A DNA stretch of 64,000 nt, from positions 37,200,001 through 37,264,000 of the forward strand of contig OZ024747.1 of NCBI GenBank assembly GCA_964016885.1, read 5' to 3'. Numbering within the stretch: position 1 is the first letter of the stretch; the number at the start of each line of letters is the position of its first letter. Positions 20,785 through 31,300 of the stretch are shown here, piece by piece. Under the pieces are notes generated by a model that worked only from the letters and a program-made list of their open reading frames with translations, did no database searches and was not told the DNA's origin. A program made the position numbers and the translations under genes. Source of the DNA: Eledone cirrhosa (taxonomy: Eukaryota).

Positions 20785-22695
20785 GTGGCGGAGCCACGCC
20801 CCCTAGAGGCGGGTCTGCTGTCGTGCAACGGCGACTTGAGCGTTGAGAGGAGAGGTGGGGCGAGGAGCGCCACCAGCACGAGTGTGAGCAGCGACAGTGC
20901 CAGCACCAACGGGCCGAGCGGCGCGGAAGGTGGTAACAGCGACAACACCAACACCAACAAGCCGAACAGCGCAGAAGGTGGTAATAGCGAGAGCACCAAC
21001 AAAACGAACAGCACAGAGAGTAATTGTAGCGACAGCAGCAGCACCAACAAGGCCAACAGCACAGAGGGTAACCACGACACAGGGGAGAACAACAACAGCA
21101 ATAGCAGCAGCAACACCAACAAGAACAAGAACAGTGACAACACCAACAAGAACACCTTCGCTGCTGTGGCAGCGGCTAAAAGGAGACCATGCTACAGCAT
21201 CGACTTAACCAACAGAGAGGAAAAGTTGGCCCAGGCCTGGAAAATCATAAATCAAGAGCAGACCTGGGCAAACTTAACTGTCCCGACAGAAGCCATTGAG
21301 GCAGTGGAAAAAAGAACGGTGCATTTCAGATGCATCTCAGTAGAGACAAAGAGGGCAGCGATAATCGCCCAAGCTGATATAGAAGCCGCACTGAAATACA
21401 TCAGAGAGGACACAGACTTCATAGAGAGGGGCAGGCAATACGGCACCGTTTCGGTGCTGTTCAAGTCTGAAGCCCTCGCTGTGAAGCATTCAATGACCCC
21501 TTGCAAAACCAGCAAGGTCATAATGTACCCCTCCCACATGGGAAAACGAATAGCACGTGTGCGCATTCCCAGGATTCCACCAGGACTTGATATGTGGTGG
21601 CTCCTGGGTTGCGTAATCGTGGAAGGAACGGATACAGTCCCGGTAGAGGGAACGAGAACTGCCAGGGACGACTGGTCCGGGGTTGATCTGGAGATACTGC
21701 TCCAAATCAGACCCGAAAACGTAAAAGCAATCCCGGACCACATCCGCCTCCAAAACGTGAGGGTGTTGCATATAATGACTGAGGGCAAAAGGCTGCATTG
21801 TTTCCTTTGTGGGGAAACGACACACTTGCGAGCCTTCTGCCCTCAACTGCCGAAAAGCGCAAGGGGTCGAAAGATTCCACTGCTGGCGACGCCGGGACAA
21901 GGACCACCAGCAACACCGTCAACAATGGAACCACCAAAATTGCATACCCAGGGGGGAAACGAGGAAAGCTCTCCCATTCCCCCTCCCCCCCAAAATACAC
22001 ACACGAACAAGAACATAAACACTCACTCAGACACAAACACGCTCACAGCCACAGACCCCTCATCCTCCAGCAGTGAAGATGAGGGAAAACCAAAATCCCC
22101 CAAAATACAAAAAACAAAACACAAAAAAAAAAGAAATCCACAAAGCACAAACACCCCCACAAAAAAAAATACACACACCACCCACACAAACATTTTCCCC
22201 ACAGCATCACCAACACAACCACCAAAATCCCCCAAACGCAAACAAGCTAAACAGACACAAGAACAAATAGACACACAAACATCAGAAACTACAGACACCC
22301 CACCCACAACAAACGCAGACACAATAGAAACAACACTAACAAAGCTATCACCACCACAATCACACGAACAAATAAAACCCGAGCAACAAAACATTAAAAA
22401 CTTCGTGCTTGCCAGAAGGGCCAACAAGGAATTGATGGCCCATGTAGCACGAAGCACAAACATCGAAAAAGACGGGGAAACATTTGAAGCGAGCACATTT
22501 CGCGTACCAGATAATTTGCTTCTGATGCGAATGTCGCTCGCTTCATACAAAGAAATTCGAAAGAGCTTTCCTCGGGATGTGGGAACCCCGAACGTAAAAC
22601 CCACTTCAAGACTATTAAAGGGGTTCCCAAAAGAAACCCCACAAACCATGGAGGTCGAACCACCCGACCTTCACAAGACCCCGGAAGGTAAGTAA
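20785..22695 (+). CDS. E4 ORF1 (636 aa, begins at GTG; Asn/Ser-rich N-terminus, CCHC knuckle)
   Basis: Open frame; CFLCGETTHLRAFC; start codon uncertain. Confidence 0.85.
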   Translation: MAEPRPLEAGLLSCNGDLSVERRGGARSATSTSVSSDSASTNGPSGAEGGNSDNTNTNKPNSAEGGNSESTNKTNSTESNCSDSSSTNKANSTEGNHDTGENNNSNSSSNTNKNKNSDNTNKNTFAAVAAAKRRPCYSIDLTNREEKLAQAWKIINQEQTWANLTVPTEAIEAVEKRTVHFRCISVETKRAAIIAQADIEAALKYIREDTDFIERGRQYGTVSVLFKSEALAVKHSMTPCKTSKVIMYPSHMGKRIARVRIPRIPPGLDMWWLLGCVIVEGTDTVPVEGTRTARDDWSGVDLEILLQIRPENVKAIPDHIRLQNVRVLHIMTEGKRLHCFLCGETTHLRAFCPQLPKSARGRKIPLLATPGQGPPATPSTMEPPKLHTQGGNEESSPIPPPPQNTHTNKNINTHSDTNTLTATDPSSSSSEDEGKPKSPKIQKTKHKKKRNPQSTNTPTKKNTHTTHTNIFPTASPTQPPKSPKRKQAKQTQEQIDTQTSETTDTPPTTNADTIETTLTKLSPPQSHEQIKPEQQNIKNFVLARRANKELMAHVARSTNIEKDGETFEASTFRVPDNLLLMRMSLASYKEIRKSFPRDVGTPNVKPTSRLLKGFPKETPQTMEVEPPDLHKTPEGK

Positions 22696-22724
22696 ACCTT
22701 TCCTCTCCCATTCATCCTGCCAGC

Positions 22725-25700
22725 ATGGCCATAAGAGTAGGAAGTTTAAATGTTCGTGGCCTGGGGTCGCCCTGGAAGCAAGGTCACTTGCTCAACGACC
22801 TCAGGTCACTAGGAATGGATGTAATTGCCATCAGCGAGACCAGAATTTCCGACACACGCGCACTGGCGCCGATTTTCGACGATTATCAGATCTTTGCATC
22901 TGTTAGTCGGCCGGGAATGGGAGGTGGAGTGGCTGTGCTGTTTAGGAAATGTCTGGATCTCGAGGTAAGGTCAATCTTCCGGGATCCTGACGGAAAGTTG
23001 GTGGTCCTGGACGTGAGCAATAGCGAAGGTGGTGCCTTTAGACTGGTGGCCGTCTACGCCCCTACTGGGGCCGGTCGGCCGGACTTCTTTAGGCGCCTGG
23101 AAAACTTTCTGCTTACGTCTCGCCCTTTACTGTTAATAGGGGATTGGAATGGCATCTTAGAAGCACGCTGGGATTGTGTGGGAGTATCTGATAGGAGCGG
23201 GTGGTGCAAAAGCCTCAAGTACCTGATCAGCCAGTTTCAACTGTCTGACAGGTACCGACTAGATTTCCCTAATGCGCCAGTATGGACCTGGACCAATCGC
23301 ATAGGGTCATCTAGATCGTACATAGATAGGATTTTCATTAGGAAAAGAGATAGAAATAGTGTAGGATGTCCACATTTTAAAACGGTTGCCTATTCAGATC
23401 ACAAGCTTGTGATCTGTATGGTCGACCTAGATAAGACACGTAGGTTAGGACCCAGCTACTGGAAGCTAAACATGTCGTTTCCGGCACGTAAAGCTTACAG
23501 GGACCGGGTCAACAACTTAGTTAAGCAAAAGTTGACAGGGGGGGTTGTCAACAACAGGTGGTGGGGGGCTCTCAAAAGAGAGATTAGAGCAACCTCGATA
23601 GGATTTAGCAAAGAAGTAGCAATAGAGAAAAATAGAAAGGAGGAGGGGCTGATAGCTAAGTTAGACGAGGCTATTTGTAGTGGCATTGCAACAGACGTGC
23701 TAGCGGCGAGAATGGCACTAGACCATTTCTTCAATGCGAAACACGAAGGTTGCATTGTCAGAGCTAAGGCGCGTGCTCTGAGGAACGAGGGAACCAAAGC
23801 TGCCCGATGGGCTCGCTTTGCAGAGACGCAGCGTGGAAATAAAACCACAATTCGGTCTTTGACGGATCGAGATGGACACGAACTGAGCGATTCCAAGCAG
23901 ATGTGTGAGGCCTTTCGCCAGCACTTTGCTCGATTGTTCGGGAGGATGGGTGAGTCGGAGATGGCGGCGGACTTCAGTCCCTACCTCGACGGCTTGCCAC
24001 GCCTCTCGACGGCCGACGCTGAGCGCTGCGAAGAGCCGATAACATCAGTCGAAATTCAGGACGCCCTTGTCGGCTGCTCGAGTCGCAAGTCACCCGGTTT
24101 GGATGGTCTGCCCTACGAGCTTTACGTAAATATGCCAGACTTGTTCTCCGATCTCCTCGAAGCGCTCTACTGCAACTGGCAGCAGAACGGGAGCATTCCC
24201 AGTTCTGTGAGCCGTGGCGTAGTGACGCTGATAAGGAAAGACGAGAACAAGAGGGACACTCTAGATAATTTCAGGCCCATAACCCTGCTCAACACAGAGT
24301 TTAAGATTTTGGCCAAGGTGTTAGCGAAAAGGTTGGCGCTTGTCGTCAAAGATTTGGTTGGGGAGGCGCAAACTTGCGCAATCCCGACCAGGTCCATACA
24401 CGACAACCTCCACCTCATGCGATACATCATAGAGAGGGTTGGGTGCAAACCTGGCTTCGGTGGGGCTCTGATCAATTTAGATCAATCGAAAGCATTCGAT
24501 AGGGTCGACCATCGGTACTTGGAGGCTGTCCTCGAGGCGGCTGGCTTCGGCCCCGTCTTCAGAAGCTGGATCGCTGCAATGTACAGCGGCATCTGCTCGG
24601 TGGTCAAAGTTAATGGCCACCTCTCGGAACCGTTTCAGATCTCTCGATCGGTCCGTCAAGGGTGCCCTCTCTCCTCACTTCTGTACGTATTGACTCTTGA
24701 GCCTCTACTGCGGAAGCTGGAGTTGTTGCAGGGCATCCCGCTCGAACCGGGACGCAGAAAGGCTGCGTCCGCTTATGCGGACGACATCACCGTGATGGTG
24801 TCGGACACCTCGGAAATCGAGGTGATCCGCACCCATTTGGAGGAATATGAAAGGTTGACGGGAGCAAAACTTAACCCGGAAAAGTCGGCACCTGGAGAGG
24901 CAAGTCCATGCCGTCCAACAGCGTCGTTGGGCGCTGGACAGACGGACCGGTAAAGTTGCTCGGGGTTTGGTTCGGACCAGACCTCCAGGTGGATAAGAAT
25001 TGGGACGAGGTGACGAGCAGGATAGCCAACCTCACCCAGAAATGGGCTGAGAGAAAGCTATCACTGAAAGGGCGGGCGGAGGTGGCGAACGCGTACATCG
25101 CGTCCGTCATCTACTACCGCCTGACCGTCGTGCCTTGCCCCCGTCCACGCCTCGCCAATTTGGAACGGCTCCTTTTCAAATTTTTGTGGAGGGGACGGGT
25201 CCCGTTGGTGAGGCGGTCCATCTGCTGCCAGCACCCTCTTCGTGGAGGGCTGGGCATGCCGTGGCTAATGATGCGCAGACATGCGCTGAGGCTGCGACAT
25301 CTCCAGATATTTTGCCTAAACGGTGAACAGGTGTGGTCGCCGTTTGTTAGACGGGCCTTTCCGCAGCTCATCTCTTTGACTGAGCTGCAGTCCTGGGTCA
25401 AGAAGAGACCGAGACTGGGCGACTGGCATCTGGAATGTTGCCAGGCGCTCACTGCACTCTGCAAGGTGGGCAATGCGGTCAGTGGAACTTCCACTCAAGA
25501 TTTCTATAGAGGATTAGTGGAGGGCAAGTGCGATGACGTACTAGGAGAGGCTCTGGGCGTCAACGAAGTAGAACTGACCAGTATGTTCCGGAGGACTTTC
25601 GAGCCGGGGACGATGGATAACTTCCAGAAATCCCTCGCTTGGCAGTGCTACCGGGGGGCGCTGCCGGTTCGGGATAAACTCTACAGGCACGGAAGTGCTG

Positions 25701-26128
25701 TCAGACGAACCTGCCCGAGATGCGCGCAGAGCGACGAAACCGTTCTGCACGCACTCGTCCAGTGTCCGTGCATTGCTGACTTGTGGGGTTATGTCGAACA
25801 GCTATTGTCGCGTGTAGAACGGATCCGGCTATCGTCCGAGTCCATAGTGAAGATTGACCCGCCGCCTTCTTTTGGTCAGGAAGGGCAGGCAATTTTCCTC
25901 TGCCTGGTGGCAGTAGCGAAAGAGGTTGCATGGTGGACCAGGTTGAAAGGACTGAAGACAGACACTTTTCTCTTCGGCCAATCCCTCATCAACTTCTTCA
26001 AGTTTCACTTGGAAAGGAAGGTGAGGGTGGAGAGAGAAGTGCTGCCCCCCAGTACATTTACTGAAAGGTGGGTGAATGTGGCGAGAATGGCCCGCGTGAG
26101 TGGGCCTACTCTGATCATGCGCCTGTAG
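22725..26128 (+). pseudogene. E4 ORF2 split by a 16-bp deletion frameshift near 24885
   Basis: AAAGTCGGCACCTGG here versus AAAGTCGGTGGGCTTGCAGCTCGGTACCTGG in E2; deletion lies between TCGG microhomologies. Confidence 0.92.
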
Positions 26129-27039
26129 GCTGGTGAATTCGAGAAGGAGAGGGGTGCCCTTCCCGGGTGCCCTAGGAGCGTCGGGTGGCTCAGGACTGGT
26201 GGGGTGCTTGAGTCAACCCTGGGTGGTGATCCCTCTTATTGGGGAACTTTCATTGTTGTATTTTTATTGTTATTTTGTTTTTTGTTATTTATACTTACTC
26301 GATCTCTATGTAAACCCCCACTGTCCCTGTCTATTGTGTTGTCTCCTATATGTCGGCCCTTGTGGCCAATAAATGAAATCATTATCATTATTGTTATTAT
26401 TATGTTTTTTTTGTTTTTTTTCTCGTGCAATGGCCATACTCGATAACGAGGGGGCTGCCATCATGTATGTATGTATATTTTATGTATTTATAATATATAT
26501 ATATACATAATATGTGTGTGTGCCTATGCACATGTGTGTGTACACACGCATATATGTACCACGGTAGGGGTGGTAGCGCTGGTGGTGATGGTGTATACAA
26601 ACATATATGCCCGTGTAATTGTGTATGTATGTAAACATGCATATTTGGATGAATATATATTTTTAGATAGATAGATATATAGATAGATATACATTTGCTT
26701 TTACACATATATATGCATATATATACATGTGTATGTGTGTGTGTGTGAGAGAGAGAGAGCGTGTGTGTATGTGTGTGTATGTGTGTGTATGTGTGTGTGT
26801 ATGGATGTTTATATATATCTATATATATACATTCATATACGTATATGCACACGTAAATGAACATCAACGTGAACAAGAGGAAGAAAAACCAACCATGAAA
26901 ATTTAGAAAATACTAATCGATAAATATTTCTTATCGAACCGAAGCTTTAAGAGATCCCTGAATCTTCTAGAGTGGAGTCACGTGCTGGGCTTCGTGAAGA
27001 GAAATTTCAATATCGGCAATTATGTCTCTGAGAACGGCT

Positions 27040-27538
27040 GTGGTGGTGGTGGTCGTGGTGGTGGTGTGCGGGCGATGGTGGTGGTGGTGGTGGTGGTGGT
27101 GGTGGTGGTAGGGTTGGTGGTGGTGATGTGCGGGCGATAGCGATGGTGGTGGTGTGCGGACGTTGGTGGTGGTGGTGATGTGCGGGCGATAGCGATGGTG
27201 GTGGTGGTGTGCGGGCGTTGGTGGTGGTGGTGATGGTGGTGGTAGGGTTGTTGGTGGTGGTGGTGGTGGTGGTGGTGGTGGTGGTAGGGTTGGTGGTGGT
27301 AGTGGTGGTGTGCGTGCGATGGTGGTGGTAGAGTTGTTGTTGTTGGTGGTGGTGGTGGTGGAGGTGGTGGTGGTGGTAGTGCGGGCAATGGTGGCGATGG
27401 TGGGGGGTGGGGTGGGGTGGGTGGGGGTGGGGAGGAAGCTGTAGTGGGATGGGGGGACGGTAGTGGTAAGGTTGGTGGCGGCGGTGGTGGTGGTAGGGAT
27501 AGTGTGGGGGGGGTTATGTGGTTGTGGTGGTAGCGGTT

Positions 27539-27573
<35 letters not shown>

Positions 27574-27625
27574 CATGGTGGTAGTAGTAGTAGTGGTGCA
27601 GCTGGTGGTGGTTGTAGTAGTAGGC

Positions 27626-27665
<40 letters not shown>

Positions 27666-27683
27666 AAGTAGTAGTAGTAGTAT

Positions 27684-27728
<45 letters not shown>

Positions 27729-27733
27729 AAATA

Positions 27734-27777
<44 letters not shown>

Positions 27778-27844
27778 AGTAGTAGTGGTAGTAGCTGTAG
27801 TAGTAGTAGTAGTGGTGATAGTGGTAGTAGTAGTTGTAGTAGTT

Positions 27845-27875
<31 letters not shown>

Positions 27876-28209
27876 CGGTGGTAGTAGTAGTAGTGGTGAT
27901 AGTGGTAGTAGTAGTTGTAGTAGTAGTAGTAGTAGTAGTGGTGGTGCTGTTGCCACTGCTGCTGGTGGTGGTGGTGACTATAATGGTGGTGGTGTTGGTA
28001 CTGCTGGTGTAGTGGGGGTGGGGGTGGGGGTGGCGGGTAGCTGTAGTGTTGTGGAGAGGGTGACGGTAGTGGTGGTGGTGGTGGCGGCGGTGGTGGCAGT
28101 AGGGATAGTGTGTGTGTGTGTGTGTGTTGGGGGGGGGTATGTGTTTGTGGTGGTAGTAGTAGTAGTAGTAGTAGTCATGGTGGTAGTAGTAGTAGTGGTG
28201 CAGCTGGTG

Positions 28210-28275
<66 letters not shown>

Positions 28276-28318
28276 TTAGGAGTAGTAGTAATAGTAGTAT
28301 TAGTAGTAGTAGTAGAAA
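27040..28318. repeat. Compound (GGT)n/(AGT)n simple-repeat tract
   Basis: Directly visible; ~27425-27730 is echoed at ~28015-28318. Confidence 0.93.
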
Positions 28319-31300
28319 TAGTCAACATCACCACCAGCAGCAGTAGCGACACCACCACCATTATAGTCACCAGCATCACCACCAGCAGCAGTAGCAACAC
28401 CACCACCATTATAGTCACCATCAGCAGCGGCAGCAGTAGCAACACCACCACCATTATAGTCACCATCACCACCAGCAGCAGTAGCAACACCACCACCATT
28501 ATAGTCACCACCACCACCAGCAGCAGTAGCAACACCACCACCATTATAGTCACCACCACCACCAGCAGTAGCAACACCACCACCATTATAGTCACCATCA
28601 CCACCAGCAGCAGTAGCAACACCACCACCATTATAGTCACCACCACCACCAGCAGCAGTAGCAACACCACCACCATTATAGTCACCACCACCACCAGCAG
28701 TAGCAACACCACCACCATTATAGTCACCATCACCACCAGCAGCAGTAGCAACACCACCACCATTATAGTCACCATCAGCAGCGGCAGCAGTAGCAACACC
28801 ACCACCATTATAGTCACCACCACCACCAGCAGTAGCAACACCACCACCATTATAGTCACCATCACCACCAGCAGCAGTAGCAACACCACCACCATTATAG
28901 TCACCATCACCACCAGCAGCAGTAGCGACACCACCCCCATTATAGTCACCACCATCACCAGCAGCAGCAGTAGCAATACCACCACAATTATAGTCAACAC
29001 CACTGCTGCTGGTGGTGGTGGTGACTATAATGGTGGTGTTGCTACTGCTGCTGCTGTTGGTGGTGGTGATTATAATGGTGGTGGTGTTGCTACTGCTGCT
29101 GCTGGTGGTGGTGTTGACTATAATGGTGGTGGTGTTGCTACTGCTGCTGGTGGTGGTGGTGACTATAATGGTGGTGGTGTTGCTACTGCTGCTGGTGGTG
29201 GTGGTGACTATAATGGTGGTGGTGTTGCTACTGCTGCTGGTGGTGGTGGTGACTATAATGGTGGTGGTGTTGCTACTGCTGCTGGTGGTGGTGGTGACTA
29301 TAATGGTGGTGGTGTTGCTACTGCTGCTGGTGGTGGTGGTGACTATAATGGTGGTGGTGTTGCTACTGCTGCTGGTGGTGATGGTGGTGACTATAATGGT
29401 GGTCGTGTTGCTACTGCTGCTGGTGGTGGTGGTGACTATAATGGTGGTGGTGTTGCTACTGCTGCTGGTGGTGGTGGTGACTATAATGGTGGTGGTGTTG
29501 CTACTGCTGCTGCTGGTGGTGGTGGTGACTATAATGGTGGTGGTGTTGCTACTGCTGCTGGTGGTGGTGGTGACTATAATGGTGGTGGTGTTGCTACTGC
29601 TGCTGCTGGTGGTGGTGGTGACTATAATGGTGGTGGTGTTGCTACTGCTGCTGGTGGTGGTGGTGAGTATAATGGTGGTGGTGTTGCTACTGCTGCTGGT
29701 GGTGATGGTGGTGACTATAATGGTGGTGGTGTTGCTACTGCTGCTGCTGGTGGTGGTGGTGACTATAATGGTGGTGGTGTTGCTACTGCTGCTGTTGGTG
29801 GTGGTGACTATAATGGTGGTGGTGTTGCTACTGCTGCTGCTGGTGGTGGTGGTGACTATAATTGAGGTGGTGTTGCTACTGCTGCTGCTGGTGGTGGTGG
29901 TGTTGCTACTGCTGCTGGTGGTGATGGTGGTGACTATAATGGTGGTGGTGTTGCTACTGCTGCTGGTGGTGGTGGTGATGGTGGTGACTATAATGGTGGT
30001 CGTGTCGCTACTGCTGCTGGTGGTGATGGTGGTGACTATAATGGTGGTGGTGTCGCTACTGCTGCTGGTGGTGGTGGTGACTATAATGGTGGTGGTGTTG
30101 CTACTGCTGCTGGTGGTGATGGTGACTATAATGGTGGTGGTGTTGCTACTGCTGCTGGTGGTGATGGTGGTGACTATAATGGTGGTGGTGTTGCTACTGC
30201 TGCTGCTGTTGGTGGTGGTGATTATAATGGTGGTGGTGTTGCTACTGCTGCTGCTGTTGGTGGTGGTGATTATAATGGTGGTGGTGTTGCTACTGCTGCT
30301 GCTGGTGGTGGTGTTGACTATAATGGTGGTGGTGTTGCTACTGCTGCTGGTGGTGGTGGTGACTATAATGGTGGTGGTGTTGCTACTGCTGCTGGTGGTG
30401 GTGGTGACTATAATGGTGGTGGTGTTGCTACTGCTGCTGGTGGTGGTGGTGACTATAATGGTGGTGGTGTTGCTACTGCTGCTGGTGGTGGTGGTGACTA
30501 TAATGGTGGTGGTGTTGCTACTGCTGCTGGTGGTGGTGGTGACTATAATGGTGGTGGTGTTGCTACTGCTGCTGCTGGTGGTGGTGGTGACTATAATGGT
30601 GGTGGTGTTGCTACTGTTGCTGTTGGTGGTGGTGACTATAATGGTGGTGGTGTTGCTACTGCTGCTGCTGGTGGTGGTGGTGACTATAATTGAGGTGGTG
30701 TTGCTACTGCTGCTGCTGGTGGTGGTGGTGTTGCTACTGCTGCTGGTGGTGATGGTGGTGACTATAATGGTGGTGGTGTTGCTACTGCTGCTGGTGGTCG
30801 TGGTGATGGTGGTGACTATAATGGTGGTCGTGTCGCTACTGCTGCTGGTGGTGATGGTGGTGACTATAATGGTGGTGGTGTCGCTACTGCTGCTGGTGGT
30901 GGTGACTATAATGGTGGTGGTGTTGCTACTGCTGCTGGTGGTGATGGTGACTATAATGGTGGTGGTGTTGCTACTGCTGCTGGTGGTGATGGTGGTGACT
31001 ATAATGGTGGTGGTGTTGCTACTGCTGCTGGTGGTGGTGGTGACTATAATAGTGGTGGTGTTGCTACTGCTGCTGGTGGTGATGGTGACTATAATGGTGG
31101 TGGTGTTGCTACTGCTGCTGGTGGTGATGGTGGTGACTATAATGGTGGTGGTGTTGCTACTGCTGCTGCTGGTGGTGGTGGTGACTATAATGGTGGTGGT
31201 GTTGCTACTGCTGCTGGTGGTGATGGTGGTGACTATAATGGTCGTGGTGTCGTTACTGCTGCTGCTGGTGATGGTGGTGACTATAATGGTGGTGGTGTCG

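Larger units (their letters stand above)
20574..26380 (+). mobile_element. E4: full-length Tx1-like element, head-to-tail after E3
   Basis: Separated from E3 only by (ATT)10 at 20544-20573; ends AATAAATGAAATC plus degenerate ATT. Confidence 0.95.

Noticed and set aside
22688-22723. 36-nt mini-intron fusing ORF1 to ORF2 in E4
   Set aside because: Leaves ORF2 out of frame, and E1/E3 have no AG just before the ORF2 ATG
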